DNA of 24,000 nucleotides from Lolliginicoccus lacisalsi (GTDB lineage Bacteria > Actinomycetota > Actinomycetes > Mycobacteriales > Mycobacteriaceae). The DNA is taken from positions 205,517-229,516 of the forward strand of contig NZ_JACYWE010000001.1 of NCBI RefSeq assembly GCF_014841105.1. The letters run 5' to 3'. The notes beneath the pieces are model-generated. The model had not been told where the DNA came from. It worked only from the letters and a program-made list of their open reading frames with translations, and did no database searches. Position numbers and translations under genes: made by a program. Each line of letters begins with the position of its first letter. Position 1 is the stretch's first letter. Of this stretch, positions 1 to 10,203 are shown piece by piece.

Positions 1-1487
1 GCAAGACCAATCTCGACCAGTTCGCCACCGGCCTCGTCGGCACCCGCAGCCCCTACGGCGTGTGCCGCAACGCGCATGACGCCGAGCGCATCTCCGGTGG
101 TTCGAGCTCCGGGTCCGCGGTCGTCGTCGCCCTCGGGATCGCCGACTTCGCTCTCGGCACCGACACCGCCGGGTCCGGGCGGGTGCCTGCCGCGCTCAAC
201 GGCATCGTCGGGATCAAGGCCACGCTCGGGCTCGTGCCCGTGGACGGTGTCGTTCCCGCGTGCCCGTCCTATGACTGCGTCACCGTCTTCGCGCATGGCC
301 TGCCCGACGCAGTGCGCGCCATGCGCGTGATCACCGGGCCGAGCGACCACGATCCCGCGTCCCGCACCTGGCCAGCCACCGCGCCCCTCGCTGCTCCGCC
401 AGAGCCGGTTATCGCCGTGCCCTCTGCGAGCAACCTCGCGGCCCTCTCCCCCGCCGCCCGTGATCTGTTCGACCAGGCGGCGGGGAGGCTTGAGGATCAC
501 GGCGCGCGCCTCAAGGAGCTGGATATCGCCCCGTTCCTCGAGGCGGCCCGGCTGCTGTACGACGGCGCGCTCGTCGCCGAGCGCTACGCCTCGTTCGGTG
601 CAGGCCTTGAGGAGGTCTCCGAGGATCCGGCCAGCGCGGCCTCTGGCGGCGCGGCCTCTGGCGGCGCGGCCTCTGGCGGCGGGGTCTCTGGCGGCGGGGT
701 CTCTGGCGGCGGGGTTTCTCGCGGCGGGGTTGATCCGACCGTTCGCGCGATCACCATGAAGGCGAAGGACATCCCGGCCCGCGACCTAGTGCGCGATCAG
801 CAGCACCTGCGCGCGCTCCGGCTGCGCGCCCGCTCCTTGCTCGACGGGTTCGACGCGATGCTCGTGCCCACTGCCCCCGAGCACCCCACGATCGAGGACG
901 TGCAGGCCGACCCGATCGGTGTGAACTCACGCATGGGCACATACACGAACTTCATGAACCTGCTCGACATGGCCGGGATCGCCGTTCCCGCGGGCGAGGC
1001 GGACGGCGGACGCTTCGGCGTCACCATCGTCACGCGGGCCTTCGAGGACCAGGTCGGCATCGATATCGCCGCGCTGCTCACCGGCACCGAGCCGCCGCTC
1101 TACCCCAGCACCGGGCTCGACGTCGCGTTGTTCGGCGCGCACATGCGCGGGCTCGCCCTCAACCACCAGATGATCACCCACGGTGGACGATTCATCCGCG
1201 AGATCGCTACCAGCCCCCGCTACACCATGCAGGCCCTGCCCACCGACATCCCCAAGCCCGCAGTCACCCGAACCGGCACCGCCAGCCTTGTCGGCGAGCT
1301 GTGGCAACTACCCCCGGCCGGGCTCGGAGCCTTCCTCGACGCGCTGCCGCAGCCGATGACGCTCGGCAAGATCGAGCTCGCCGACGGAACCTGGGTGACG
1401 GGCTTCGGGTGCAGCGACCCCACCGGCGAGGACATTTCCGCCCACGGCGGGTGGCGCGCCTACCTCGATCTGAAGCCTCGATCGTGA
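1..1487 (+). CDS. atzF: allophanate hydrolase (amidase-signature domain plus allophanate-hydrolase C-terminal domain); 5' end cut by window edge (in frame from nt 3)
   Basis: The frame runs open from nt 3 (KTNLDQFATGLVGTRSPYG...). Amidase signature GGSSSGSAVVVA and DTAGSGRVPAALNGIVGIKATLG. C-terminal block VALFGAHMRGLALNHQMITHGGRF...PRYTMQALP...PKPAV is typical of the AH C-domain. Stop TGA at 1485-1487. Confidence 0.85.
   Translation, partial: KTNLDQFATGLVGTRSPYGVCRNAHDAERISGGSSSGSAVVVALGIADFALGTDTAGSGRVPAALNGIVGIKATLGLVPVDGVVPACPSYDCVTVFAHGLPDAVRAMRVITGPSDHDPASRTWPATAPLAAPPEPVIAVPSASNLAALSPAARDLFDQAAGRLEDHGARLKELDIAPFLEAARLLYDGALVAERYASFGAGLEEVSEDPASAASGGAASGGAASGGGVSGGGVSGGGVSRGGVDPTVRAITMKAKDIPARDLVRDQQHLRALRLRARSLLDGFDAMLVPTAPEHPTIEDVQADPIGVNSRMGTYTNFMNLLDMAGIAVPAGEADGGRFGVTIVTRAFEDQVGIDIAALLTGTEPPLYPSTGLDVALFGAHMRGLALNHQMITHGGRFIREIATSPRYTMQALPTDIPKPAVTRTGTASLVGELWQLPPAGLGAFLDALPQPMTLGKIELADGTWVTGFGCSDPTGEDISAHGGWRAYLDLKPRS
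636..730 (+). repeat. in-frame 15-bp tandem repeat, about 6 units (3x gcggcctctggcggc, then 2x ggggtctctggcggc, 1x ggggtttctcgcggc, plus a partial unit)
   Basis: Direct reading. Units start at 636, 651, 666, 681, 696 and 711. It encodes (A/G)(A/V)SGG x6 between the two domains of the allophanate hydrolase. Confidence 0.9.
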
Positions 1488-1527
1488 AGATCCAGCCACC
1501 TACCGCGTGGCCAGAACTTCACGATCG
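1479..1527. terminator. bidirectional stem-loop between convergent genes
   Basis: Perfect 11-bp inverted repeat cgatcgtgaag (1479-1489) / cttcacgatcg (1517-1527), with further partial pairing inside. It overlaps the stop of the + gene (1485-1487) and lies 9 nt from the stop of the - gene (1536-1538). No U-tract, so it would be a non-canonical terminator. Confidence 0.45.
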
Positions 1528-1535
1528 GTGGCGGA

Positions 1536-2057
1536 TCAGAGCACCAGGATAAAGCGCTCGACTACCCGCGGAGCACCGGAGCGATCGTAGGCGAAGCCCA
1601 TGTAGACACCCGGCTGCACCTGGCGGATCTCATCGCGGATGAATCCCAGCGGCCCGCCGGCGTAGTCGATCAGAATGGCCGGGGCCCCGTCGGCGTAGGA
1701 CGGGCCCACACTCACCGAGGCCGGGAAGACCTCCAGGCCGACCACACGGTTGGTGACGGTGCCCGTTCCGAAGACCTTGCCCTGCCACACCAACTCGGCG
1801 ACGGGATTGCCCTTCACGAACCCCTGGGCGGTGGCGTTCTGCGGAACAGTGCCCGGGCCGAGCGCGCGGTACAACGCGTCATACTCGGCGGCGGAGCAAC
1901 CGAACCGTAGATCGTTCACGGTCGCTGCGGGATCACCCGCGCTGACCGAGCACGATGGCCCGGTGCTGGGCTGCGACAATGCCGCCGGTGCACCACCAGC
2001 AAGAAGGGCGAGAGAGGCGGCCCCCGCCGCTAGGGAACGTGTCCAGAACCTGCCCAT
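1536..2057 (-). CDS. secreted hypothetical protein (173 aa) with N-terminal signal peptide
   Basis: Only the last 173 codons of the 640-aa track ORF look real. ATG at 2057 is preceded by AGGAAAGG. MGRFWTRSLAAGAASLALLAGGAPAALS looks like a Sec signal. The mature part (WQGKVF..., IDYAG..., IRDEIRQVQPGVYMGFAY) loosely recalls GXWXG/DUF4334-type proteins; this is unverified. Confidence 0.6.
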   Translation of the reverse strand: MGRFWTRSLAAGAASLALLAGGAPAALSQPSTGPSCSVSAGDPAATVNDLRFGCSAAEYDALYRALGPGTVPQNATAQGFVKGNPVAELVWQGKVFGTGTVTNRVVGLEVFPASVSVGPSYADGAPAILIDYAGGPLGFIRDEIRQVQPGVYMGFAYDRSGAPRVVERFILVL

Positions 2058-2140
2058 GATGCACGCCTTTCCTTGATCAACAGTGTTCCCTCCACCGTAC
2101 GCAGTGTGGCGTGGATCACAAGCGCTAGGATGGGCTGCTC

Positions 2141-3100
2141 TCATTCGTCGACCCGCGCGCGATAGAGCCCGACCGCGCTGCCCACCAGCAGCACCGTGCC
2201 CGCGATCAGCACTGCCGCCGCTCCCCCGATCGCACCGCCGGTCCAATGCCACACTGCCTCCGATACGGCGAGCGCGGTGGCGAGCACACCACCGATCACC
2301 AGGATGGGTGACCGCGTCGCGGCGAACAGCACGAAGCACGCCACCGCCACCACCGCCGCGAGCGAATACGCCCACGCCTCGGAGTCCGCACCCAGCCCGA
2401 GCTGCGAGCCAATCACCGCGATCGCCACACCCACCAGGAACCCTGCCCACGCGGGTGCCAGGATTGAGCGGGCAGCGAGCACCAGCCAGCCGATTCCCAG
2501 CACCACCAGCCCGACCGCCAGGAATTCCTCGGCCACGTTGAGCTCCCCCAGCGTTCCGGCGACCGCGACCACGCTCATCACCGCGCCCGCCGACAATGTC
2601 ACCAGCGCGGGCATCGCCACATAGGCGCATACCGCCACCACGAGTCCTGCGAGGCCCGCCCACATCGCTTGCTCGCTGCTGGCAAACGAGCCCGCCGCGA
2701 ACGCGATCGTCACCGAGGCCGCCGCGAACAGCACAGCTCCGAGTCGTTGCCGCGCCGAACCACCATTCGACGGCAACGCCCGCACCCCTCCTGCGAAGCC
2801 GACCGCGGCGATGATCAGCACCAGGGATGTCACCGCTAGGATCAGCGCCCGCGCATCGCGGGACAGGTCCTCCCACGCCAGGCCCAGCAGCAGCGTCGCC
2901 CCCGCGACGACCAGGGCGCCACCGACATATCCCGCGACCTCCGGCAACACCCGGCGCACCAAAGGCGCGCGGTCCTCCCGATAGCCGGCTTCCAGCGCCG
3001 CTACCACGGCTTCGCGCTGGTCCTCGCGCAGCACACCGGAATCCACGAGGTTCTGCAGCCTCGCGAGCTGGGCGGGATCGAGCGCATTCGAGGTAGTCAT
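2141..3100 (-). CDS. polytopic integral membrane protein (DUF2157-like), 319 aa
   Basis: Start chosen at ATG 3100 (MTTSNALDPAQLARLQNLVDSGVLREDQ...). A soluble N-terminal ~50 aa is followed by about 9-10 hydrophobic Ala/Leu/Val/Gly-rich spans. Confidence 0.65.
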   Translation of the reverse strand: MTTSNALDPAQLARLQNLVDSGVLREDQREAVVAALEAGYREDRAPLVRRVLPEVAGYVGGALVVAGATLLLGLAWEDLSRDARALILAVTSLVLIIAAVGFAGGVRALPSNGGSARQRLGAVLFAAASVTIAFAAGSFASSEQAMWAGLAGLVVAVCAYVAMPALVTLSAGAVMSVVAVAGTLGELNVAEEFLAVGLVVLGIGWLVLAARSILAPAWAGFLVGVAIAVIGSQLGLGADSEAWAYSLAAVVAVACFVLFAATRSPILVIGGVLATALAVSEAVWHWTGGAIGGAAAVLIAGTVLLVGSAVGLYRARVDE

Positions 3101-3186
3101 GCGCGAAGCGTACAACTCGGCGGGAACGGGCATCGGCTGGTTCCTGGCGCGGACACGGCTGGCGCCGGTCACGGTTGGCGCGGGGA

Positions 3187-3256
3187 AATCTGCTGGCTAT
3201 TGTCATCCGACACGCCGCGACACACCCCGCCCGGGCGTGACAATGGCTAGCAGATT
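3187..3256 (+). repeat. family-A hairpin repeat, copy 1 (20-bp stem, 30-nt conserved loop)
   Basis: Left arm 3187-3206 (aatctgctggctattgtcat) pairs with right arm 3237-3256 (gtgacaatggctagcagatt). All 20 positions pair when read as + strand RNA, three of them as G.U. About 90% identical to the copy at 4039-4110. Confidence 0.85.
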
Positions 3257-3282
3257 CGGGTGGTGGTGGGAGCTGGGACGGT

Positions 3283-3966
3283 CTAGCCCCCGCCGGTTCC
3301 GCTGGTCGCGGCGACGGAAGCTGCGACTCCGGCCGCGACAGCCGCATTCGTCGCCTGCACCGCCTCGCGGACGCCCTTGCTCGCCCAGGTGGTGGACCCA
3401 TCGCCCGCCGCGATCTTCTTCGCCCGTGCCTTCGCGGGCTTGGCATCCCGCTTGCCAACTATCGGCTTGACGAGGTCCGCCGCGGAGAGCAGAGCAATGA
3501 GCGGACCCGTCACATCGTCGGGGCGAGTGCCACGTAGCAGGCATGCCTTGACGCTCGAGACGAGCTCGTTGCGTCGGCGGGTGTCGAGCACATCGTGGCG
3601 GGTGGTGGGAAACAGCCCGAGGATCTTGACAACGCGGGGCGCGACGGCGCGTTGCTCGGTGAGTTCCGCATAGACCTCCCGCTGAGCGCGCTTGCCCAGT
3701 CGGGTCACCGCGCTGGCTGGCTTCTGGGGCTTGCGGCTGGCCAATCTACCAAGCGCGTCGTCGAGCAAGGTCTTGCCGAGGGGCCGCTTGTCGAGCACCT
3801 GCACGCGTGCATGGCGCCCCTCGCCGTTCACGGCCAGTCGCTCTGCCGCGATCAAATCGAGCATCAAGGCGCCACCGAGGACGGCATCGGACACTGTGCT
3901 CGAAATGTACGACTTCCCCGACTGCGGATCGGTGGTCAGCAGGACAAGATCGTGTGCAACACCCAT
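3283..3966 (-). CDS. GPP34/GOLPH3-family protein (227 aa)
   Basis: N-terminus VAHDLVLLTTDPQSGK...AVLGGALMLDLIAAERLAV matches the characteristic GPP34 opening. Basic, Ala-rich C-terminal tail. Confidence 0.75.
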   Translation of the reverse strand: MGVAHDLVLLTTDPQSGKSYISSTVSDAVLGGALMLDLIAAERLAVNGEGRHARVQVLDKRPLGKTLLDDALGRLASRKPQKPASAVTRLGKRAQREVYAELTEQRAVAPRVVKILGLFPTTRHDVLDTRRRNELVSSVKACLLRGTRPDDVTGPLIALLSAADLVKPIVGKRDAKPAKARAKKIAAGDGSTTWASKGVREAVQATNAAVAAGVAASVAATSGTGGG

Positions 3967-4038
3967 CTGTGAAGTGTATTCGGCATGCCGCAGAGGCGCA
4001 TGGGGGCGGTGGTTGGCAGGACTGGCGGCCCGTCATCA

Positions 4039-4110
4039 GAAATTGCTGGCCATTGTCACGCGACACGCCGCGACACACCCCGCCCGTGCGTGACATTAGC
4101 TAGCAGATTC
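4039..4110 (+). repeat. family-A hairpin repeat, copy 2
   Basis: gaaattgctggccattgtcac ... gtgacattagctagcagattc. The central sequence cgacacgccgcgacacaccccgcccg is identical to copy 1. The stem is more degenerate: 3 mismatches and 2 wobbles in 21 positions. Confidence 0.85.
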
Positions 4111-4143
4111 GGCGCGATGGCTGCATGTCAGCTCGCCGCCCCC

Positions 4144-6525
<2,382 letters not shown>

Positions 6526-6625
6526 GCCCGCCACGCCTCCCTCACGCCCCGTTGCCTCGACCCGCACAGCTGATCTAACCACCGGAGTCCGACAAGAACA
6601 TGTCGATCTGACGGCTCCCGGCCAG

Positions 6626-6674
6626 AGTGCACTAAACGACAGCTCCATCGCCGAAACCTGTCGTTTTTCGCACT
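6626..6674 (+). repeat. family-B hairpin repeat, copy B1
   Basis: agtgcactaaacgacag (6626-6642) pairs with ctgtcgtttttcgcact (6658-6674), with an internal 3-nt mismatch. The loop ctccatcgccgaaac carries the conserved CGCCGAAAC motif. Confidence 0.8.
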
Positions 6675-6854
6675 GTCACGGGTCGAGGAGCGGGCGTCCA
6701 CCACACGACTGTCTGGACACGCACTCCGATCATGTCCAACACGCCGACGCAGCGCGTGTTCCTCCCCGGGATGCACTGATACCCGCTGGTAGCCTCGGCT
6801 GCACTGCCAGCACCGCGAGGGGGTGCTGGTGCACAACGCATTCCGGGGGATTGC

Positions 6855-7280
6855 ATGCCTGTCACTATTCTGCCGGCGCCTGTCGCGGCATTTCCGCCGT
6901 TGGCGCTCGCGGTCCGGCTGCTCGACGATATCCATGTCTTCGCGGAGGTCCTGCGGAAGGTGCTGCCCCAGCTCGATGATCTGCTGGCGATGGGCCGGGA
7001 CCTGGCGACGAACCTGGAGAAGGCACTGCCCATGCTCGAGGAGCTCAACGGCAACATGGGCGGGGCGATACCGCATGTCGGTTCGCTCAATGGGCATCTC
7101 GATACCGTGGTGCCGCTGATGGCGTTGCTGGACGTGCGGGCGGGGCTCAGCGGCTTGAGCTCCCTGACTCCGATCGATGGGGCGTTCGACCGGCTTGGGC
7201 GTGTGGTTGATCGGCTTCCAGGTGCGCGAATGGTCGATCGCCTGCCAGGATGGCGCAGGGAAGCTGCCGCGACAGCGTGA
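6855..7280 (+). CDS. hypothetical helical protein (141 aa)
   Basis: GC3-rich codon usage. It ends 21 nt before the next gene on the same strand. Contains a tandem RVVDRLPGA/RMVDRLPGW duplication near the C-terminus. No family recognised. The overlapping minus-strand ORFs are Ser/Arg/Pro-rich and look spurious. Confidence 0.45.
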   Translation: MPVTILPAPVAAFPPLALAVRLLDDIHVFAEVLRKVLPQLDDLLAMGRDLATNLEKALPMLEELNGNMGGAIPHVGSLNGHLDTVVPLMALLDVRAGLSGLSSLTPIDGAFDRLGRVVDRLPGARMVDRLPGWRREAAATA

Positions 7281-7301
7281 TCAATCGACAAGGAGCCTGG
7301 C

Positions 7302-7760
7302 ATGGATGACGCAAGCATTGGTGTGGTCGTCGAGTTTCTGGCGGCGCTTCGCGATGAACGCTTCGACGACGCATTGGACTACGTGACCGACGATGTCGTG
7401 TGGCACAACGTTTCACTCCCCAAGGTCCGCGGCAAGCGAGACTTTGCCCGTGCGATCAGACTCATGGAGCGGGCCCGGATGGGCTTCGACGTGCAGTTCC
7501 GTCACATCGGCGGTGATCGCCATGCGGTGCTCACCGAGCGCACCGATGCCCTTAGCCTTGGCCGGTTCCGGACCGAGTTCTGGGTGTGCGGCACCTTCGA
7601 GCTGCGGGACGGGCGGATCGCCGTGTGGCGCGACCGTTTCGACTACGCCAACTTCACGGTCTCGGCATTGCGGGGCCTTGTGGGGATGGCGCTGCCGCGC
7701 CGCGGGCCCTTCGCCTTGTTCGCACCGGGCACGACTGGGGCGCTACCAGACCACGCCTGA
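7302..7760 (+). CDS. limonene-1,2-epoxide hydrolase-family / SnoaL-like NTF2-fold protein (152 aa)
   Basis: AAGGAG lies 7 nt upstream of the ATG. VVEFLAALRDERFDDALDYVTDDVVWHNVSLPKVRGK...VLTERTDAL...FWVCGTFELRDGRIAVWRDRFDY matches the LEH family pattern. Confidence 0.8.
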   Translation: MDDASIGVVVEFLAALRDERFDDALDYVTDDVVWHNVSLPKVRGKRDFARAIRLMERARMGFDVQFRHIGGDRHAVLTERTDALSLGRFRTEFWVCGTFELRDGRIAVWRDRFDYANFTVSALRGLVGMALPRRGPFALFAPGTTGALPDHA

Positions 7761-7796
7761 CCCGCGATGCCGCGAGTGTGCGTGCCGCCGGAGCGC

Positions 7797-7825
7797 GAGT
7801 GTGCGAGAAGCGACACCGTCCGTGC
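7797..7825 (+). repeat. family-B hairpin repeat, copy B2, left half (interrupted by IS)
   Basis: gagtgtgcgagaagcgacac followed by the loop start ccgtccgtgc. It aligns position for position with B3 up to the IS junction. Confidence 0.75.
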
Positions 7826-9111
7826 GGCGGTTTCAGGGAGCCATCGCAACACCCCTGGCTGAAGGGGCATGCTGATGGCGAGGAAGATTCCGTGGGAGGT
7901 CCGGGCGGCGGCGTATAGCAGGCTGGTCCGTGGCAGGTCCGCGATAGAGATCGGCGACACTCTAGGGGTGTCGAGGATGACGGTGAACCGGTGGGCGGAG
8001 CAAGCGGGCATGCAGGTGCGGCGGGGAGCCGCCGGCGGGGTGAGGCCCATCCCCGTGGACGCCGGGCCACCACCGTCGCCAGGCAGGGCCTACCGGCGTC
8101 TCACGCTGGCGGACCGCTCGTTCATCGAGGCCGCGCGGTCGCTGCCGGAGCCACTGCCGCTGCGCGCGATCGCCCGCCGGCTCGGGGTGTCGCCGTCGAC
8201 GGTCTCCCGGGAGATCAGGGCGCGCGGGGTCATCCACTGGGGCGAGCACCGCTACGACGCCGGGCTGGCCCACTACCGGGCGCTGGCCGCCCGGCCCCGC
8301 CCGCGGCCGGGCAAGCTCGATGACCCCGCCGTGCGCGGGCCGGTGGTGGCGCTGCTGAACCAGAGGTTCTCCCCCGAGCAGGTCGCCGCGGAGCTGCGGG
8401 CGCTGTTCCCCGGCCGGAAGGAGGCGCACGTGTCGCACGAGACGGTCTACCAGGCCCTCTACGTCCAGGGCCGGGGCGCGCTGCGCCACGAGCTGGCCGT
8501 GGCCAAGGCCCTGCGCACTGGCCGGGCCGGGCGCATCCCGCGCTCGCGGCTGCCCGCGCGCGCCTCGAGGCCCTGGCTGGAGGGGGCGAGGCTGTCGGAC
8601 CGGACCGCCGAGGCCGCCGACCGGGCCGTGCCGGGCCACTGGGAGGGAGACCTGGTCGTGGGGCCGGGCAACTCCGGGATCGTCACCCTCGTCGAGCGCT
8701 CCACCCGGTACGCGCTGCTCGGGAGGCTGCCGGGCGCCCGCGACAGCGCCACGGTCGTGGACGTCCTCGGGCGCATGATCGAGGGCCTGCCCGCCGGGCT
8801 GGCCCGCACGATCACCTGGGACCAGGGCACCGAGATGGCCGCGCACGCGCGGTTCACCGTCGCCACCGGCTGCCGGGTGTTCTTCTGCGACCCGCACTCG
8901 CCGTGGCAGCGTGGCAGCAACGAGAACACCAATGGGCTGGTCCGCGACTTCTATCCGAAGGGCACGGACTTCAACGAGGTCACCGATGCCGGCCTGGCCG
9001 AGACCCAGCGCCTGCTCAACATCCGTCCCCGCAAGACCCTGGGCTGGAGCAAGCCCTGTGACAAGCTGGCAGGACTGATCGCAGGTGTTGCGATGGCTCC
9101 CTGAAACCGCC
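7826..9111 (+). mobile_element. complete IS30-family insertion sequence (1286 bp)
   Basis: Perfect 28-bp terminal inverted repeats: ggcggtttcagggagccatcgcaacacc at 7826-7853 and its reverse complement at 9084-9111. Flanked by a 3-bp direct duplication TGC (7823-7825 and 9112-9114). Single transposase ORF ending inside IRR. Confidence 0.92.
7869..9104 (+). CDS. IS30-family DDE transposase (411 aa; alternative start at ATG 7875)
   Basis: N-terminal HTH (IGDTLGVSRMTVNRW; RAIARRLGVSPSTVSREI). Catalytic blocks HWEGDLV, ITWDQGTEMA and FCDPHSPWQRGSNENTNGLVRDFYPKG are typical of IS30. Confidence 0.93.
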   Translation: MLMARKIPWEVRAAAYSRLVRGRSAIEIGDTLGVSRMTVNRWAEQAGMQVRRGAAGGVRPIPVDAGPPPSPGRAYRRLTLADRSFIEAARSLPEPLPLRAIARRLGVSPSTVSREIRARGVIHWGEHRYDAGLAHYRALAARPRPRPGKLDDPAVRGPVVALLNQRFSPEQVAAELRALFPGRKEAHVSHETVYQALYVQGRGALRHELAVAKALRTGRAGRIPRSRLPARASRPWLEGARLSDRTAEAADRAVPGHWEGDLVVGPGNSGIVTLVERSTRYALLGRLPGARDSATVVDVLGRMIEGLPAGLARTITWDQGTEMAAHARFTVATGCRVFFCDPHSPWQRGSNENTNGLVRDFYPKGTDFNEVTDAGLAETQRLLNIRPRKTLGWSKPCDKLAGLIAGVAMAP

Positions 9112-9138
9112 TGCCGAAACCTGTCGTTTTGCGCACTC
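9112..9138 (+). repeat. family-B hairpin repeat, copy B2, right half
   Basis: tgccgaaacc followed by tgtcgttttgcgcactc. After removing the IS and one TSD copy, the restored element has the same 17-nt loop length as B3. Confidence 0.75.
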
Positions 9139-9156
9139 TCGCGGGGCCGAAGCCCG

Positions 9157-9489
9157 CTACCCCAGCTGCGCGGCGATCGCGCCCGCATCCGGAGTGGTGA
9201 TGACGGCTCGCTTGTACTCGTGGTCGCGCAGGTCGAGGACAAGTGCCTCGCCGCGGGTGACGTTGGCGTAGGTCTTGCCCTTGCCGCGCCAGGTACCCAT
9301 CGCGATGATCGTTGGTACGCCGGTGCCAGGGGCGCGCATGCCGTGGAGTTCGCTGAATCCGTTCGCGGCGGCGTATGCCCTCCGGATCCGTGAGCGACGA
9401 ATGACGAGATCGCCATGCAGGCCAGCGATCTTTTCGCGCGTGCTGAGCCGGATGGTCACGGTGCGATCGTTCACCTCAATGGTTGCCAC
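9157..9489 (-). CDS. small hypothetical protein (110 aa), possibly bacterial PH-like fold
   Basis: MATIEVNDRTVTIRLSTREKIAGLHGDLVIRRSRI... resembles small bPH-type proteins, judged by pattern only. A short GCGGG/CCCGC hairpin (9141-9157) overlaps its stop codon. Confidence 0.5.
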   Translation of the reverse strand: MATIEVNDRTVTIRLSTREKIAGLHGDLVIRRSRIRRAYAAANGFSELHGMRAPGTGVPTIIAMGTWRGKGKTYANVTRGEALVLDLRDHEYKRAVITTPDAGAIAAQLG

Positions 9490-9536
9490 GGGTGCCAGAT
9501 TAGCGCGCCGATAGTTGCAGCAGGCCCACGCACCAT

Positions 9537-10151
9537 CTAGCGCAGGCGATCCGCTAGCTGGATCATGGCGGCCTCGAACGATGACCGCTGGTCAGCGCGG
9601 TTGATGCCCGGTGGCGAGGGCGAGGCACCTGCCATGATCGTGAGTTGTCGGTAGGGGTGGAGCAGCCGAGGCTTCCATCCGTCACGGGCTGCGGCTCCGA
9701 GGGTCACGACGAACTTGAGGTTGGGCAGCATGGCAAGGAGTTTGCGCGTGTAGGGCGCGGCCTCGCGCCGCTCCGCTGCCGTCGGGTTGTCACCGGCGAT
9801 GGGAAACGGGCAGATGTTCCACGGCGTGATGTCGGTTCGATCGATTCCATGCCGGGCGAACGCGTCGAACAGGTTCGCGGCGCCGGTGTCATCGTTGTCG
9901 ATGCTCAGCAGGCGTGTTCCAGCCTTGTCTGGGTCGGCATCGGCCTCGGGGGCTTTGAGGACCATCAGGGCGCGGGCCTGGGTCCCGCCGAACGTGGGAT
10001 CGATATAGGGCAGGGCTGGGTAGCCGATGGCGCGAGCGATCTCGTCAATGAGGGAGTTGATGGGTTCAACGTGCGGATCGCGGATACGCGCAGCACGCTC
10101 GGCGCGGACTGCATGGCTCTCCAGGGTTCTTGGCGCGGACGGGATTCGCAT
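9537..10151 (-). CDS. uracil-DNA-glycosylase-superfamily (UDG-like) protein (204 aa)
   Basis: UDG-like motif A region ARALMVLKAPEA, the ITPWNICPFP block, and a C-terminal motif-B-like AGASPSPPGIN in which the canonical His is absent. Size is typical of family 4/5-like UDGs. Assignment is by eye. Confidence 0.55.
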   Translation of the reverse strand: MRIPSAPRTLESHAVRAERAARIRDPHVEPINSLIDEIARAIGYPALPYIDPTFGGTQARALMVLKAPEADADPDKAGTRLLSIDNDDTGAANLFDAFARHGIDRTDITPWNICPFPIAGDNPTAAERREAAPYTRKLLAMLPNLKFVVTLGAAARDGWKPRLLHPYRQLTIMAGASPSPPGINRADQRSSFEAAMIQLADRLR

Positions 10152-10203
10152 GCCCGCAGCCTAGTGATCTTGGCCGGACCGAGGATCGCGATCTCAGAAG
10201 GTG

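Noticed and set aside
636-730. Possible CRISPR array or coding artefact
   Set aside because: The units are contiguous 15-mers with no spacers and stay in frame inside a well-supported CDS. This is a coding minisatellite, not CRISPR.
2058-3458. Upstream 467 codons of the 640-aa minus-strand track ORF (1536..3458)
   Set aside because: The sequence is Arg/Gly/Pro-rich and of low complexity. It overlaps in another frame the convincing membrane-protein gene (2141-3100) and the family-A repeat. Only the last 173 codons, from ATG 2057 with an RBS and signal peptide, look genuine.
3186-4115. Repeated peptide ...HxTRRDTPRPxVT(M/L)ASRFG... seen in two + strand track ORFs
   Set aside because: The peptide repeat is simply the translation of the two family-A DNA repeats in intergenic regions. 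The ORFs containing it are otherwise antisense junk.
6807-6829. Short hairpin CCAGCACC-n7-GGTGCTGG upstream of the 141-aa gene
   Set aside because: An 8-bp GC-rich stem is expected by chance in 70% GC DNA. There is no second copy and no clear link to a promoter or RBS.
7962-9416. 484-aa minus-strand ORF
   Set aside because: It is antisense to the IS30 transposase and reads through the IS boundary into the next gene. The composition is Arg/Pro/Gly-rich with no motifs.
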